Below, piece by piece: positions 63,194 through 64,000 of a stretch of DNA of 64,000 nt. This DNA is from Zootoca vivipara (lineage: Eukaryota), in NCBI RefSeq assembly GCF_963506605.1, contig NC_083288.1, forward strand, positions 29,636,001 through 29,700,000, written 5' to 3'. The first letter of the stretch is position 1; every line of letters begins with the position of its first letter. Made by a program: the position numbers and the translations under genes. The notes below the pieces were generated by a model. The model ran no database searches and was not told the DNA's origin. It saw nothing but the letters and a program-made list of their open reading frames with translations.

Positions 63194-63274
<81 letters not shown>
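63194..63274. repeat. Compound (CA)n(TA)n microsatellite
   Basis: Direct reading; other CA tracts at ~7063, ~39098 and ~55633. Confidence 0.95.
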
Positions 63275-63277
<3 letters not shown>

Positions 63278-63974
63278 CCTTACAGAACGTCATGAATGAC
63301 TACAGCAGGTTTTTGAAAAAGATCAGGTCACAAATAGAAACAGAGACTAGGCTAGTCCCCTAAATGTTCCCCTGGTGCCTCCTTTCCAAAGCCCAGGAAG
63401 CTTCTGCCCAGCTTAGGGATTGAGGCGCGGTGCTCACATGCCCGACATCAGGACGTCACAACATCACACACATGACATCGACCCCCCCATGCCCTTTGGA
63501 AGTTAGCGCCTCTGGCCCTAGCTGTTCCCCTATGGGAAATTTCACCGCATGCCACTGGAATAGTGGGCTCGATGAAAGCAAAATAAAAATTATAAAGGAT
63601 TTGCTGAAAAAAGCCTTTGACTTGAAACAGATCTTTATTTGGCATTACAAAATGACTGGACCATGTAACTAGAAAAAGGAAGATCCCCTGCTGAGCTCTT
63701 GTTTAATAGAAAACATAGGACCAGACTACAATGTGCCGAACACCTGCACTCCGACTTTACACAAGGTGTTCAGTCTCAGATACAAAAGAGACTGAGACAA
63801 AAATGTGTGATGGCACAGGGTTATGAGCACAAATCCCACCACAACCAAAGGTGATGGTCAAAAGGCATGATGGTATCATATGGACACGTAGGGCTCTTAA
63901 CAAAAAGTAACTTCCAGATCATATCAAATACAGACCTCAGATTGTCAAGTATTCAAATGCAAGAGAAAGCATCT

Positions 63975-64000
63975 ACCATATTTTTCACTCCATAAGACAA
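63975..64000. mobile_element. Start of a Tc1/pogo-type MITE, cut by the window edge
   Basis: ta-ccatatttttcactccataagac interrupts the paralogous catcta|cttcag. Confidence 0.55.

Noticed and set aside
62660-63340. Possible reverse-strand LTR
   Set aside because: aataaa and CCAAT-like motifs are present but I could not define termini or a TSD.

Overview
Vertebrate genomic DNA from a squamate reptile; a lacertid lizard is my inference from the Sauria-SINE, L2 and Penelope types. The window is a tandem cluster of nine closely related, single-coding-exon class II olfactory receptor genes (family-14-like), all on the + strand. Six are intact (ATGs at about 2536, 8350, 15918, 35655, 41936 and 51688) and three are pseudogenes (4356, 25265, 57285). 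Two gene types alternate as A/B doublets inside a higher-order duplicated unit of about 31-32 kb. Paralogous copies supply empty-site controls, so many insertions can be delimited exactly. These include a near full-length single-ORF L2 with a 121-bp monomer array at its 5' end, L1 3' fragments, Sauria SINEs, BovB and RTE-X-like pieces, a CpG-rich Rex1-tailed insert, Penelope elements carrying hammerhead ribozyme cores, a solo LTR, DIRS/Ngaro-like repeats, and hAT and Tc/pogo MITEs. I see no clearly new gene system. The most interesting signals are patchwork shuffling of receptor TM3-TM6 segments, two independent gene breaks at the same FFCEIP site, promoter loss or swapping, retroelement-filled deletion junctions, the L2 monomer promoter phase, and a covarying hairpin array.
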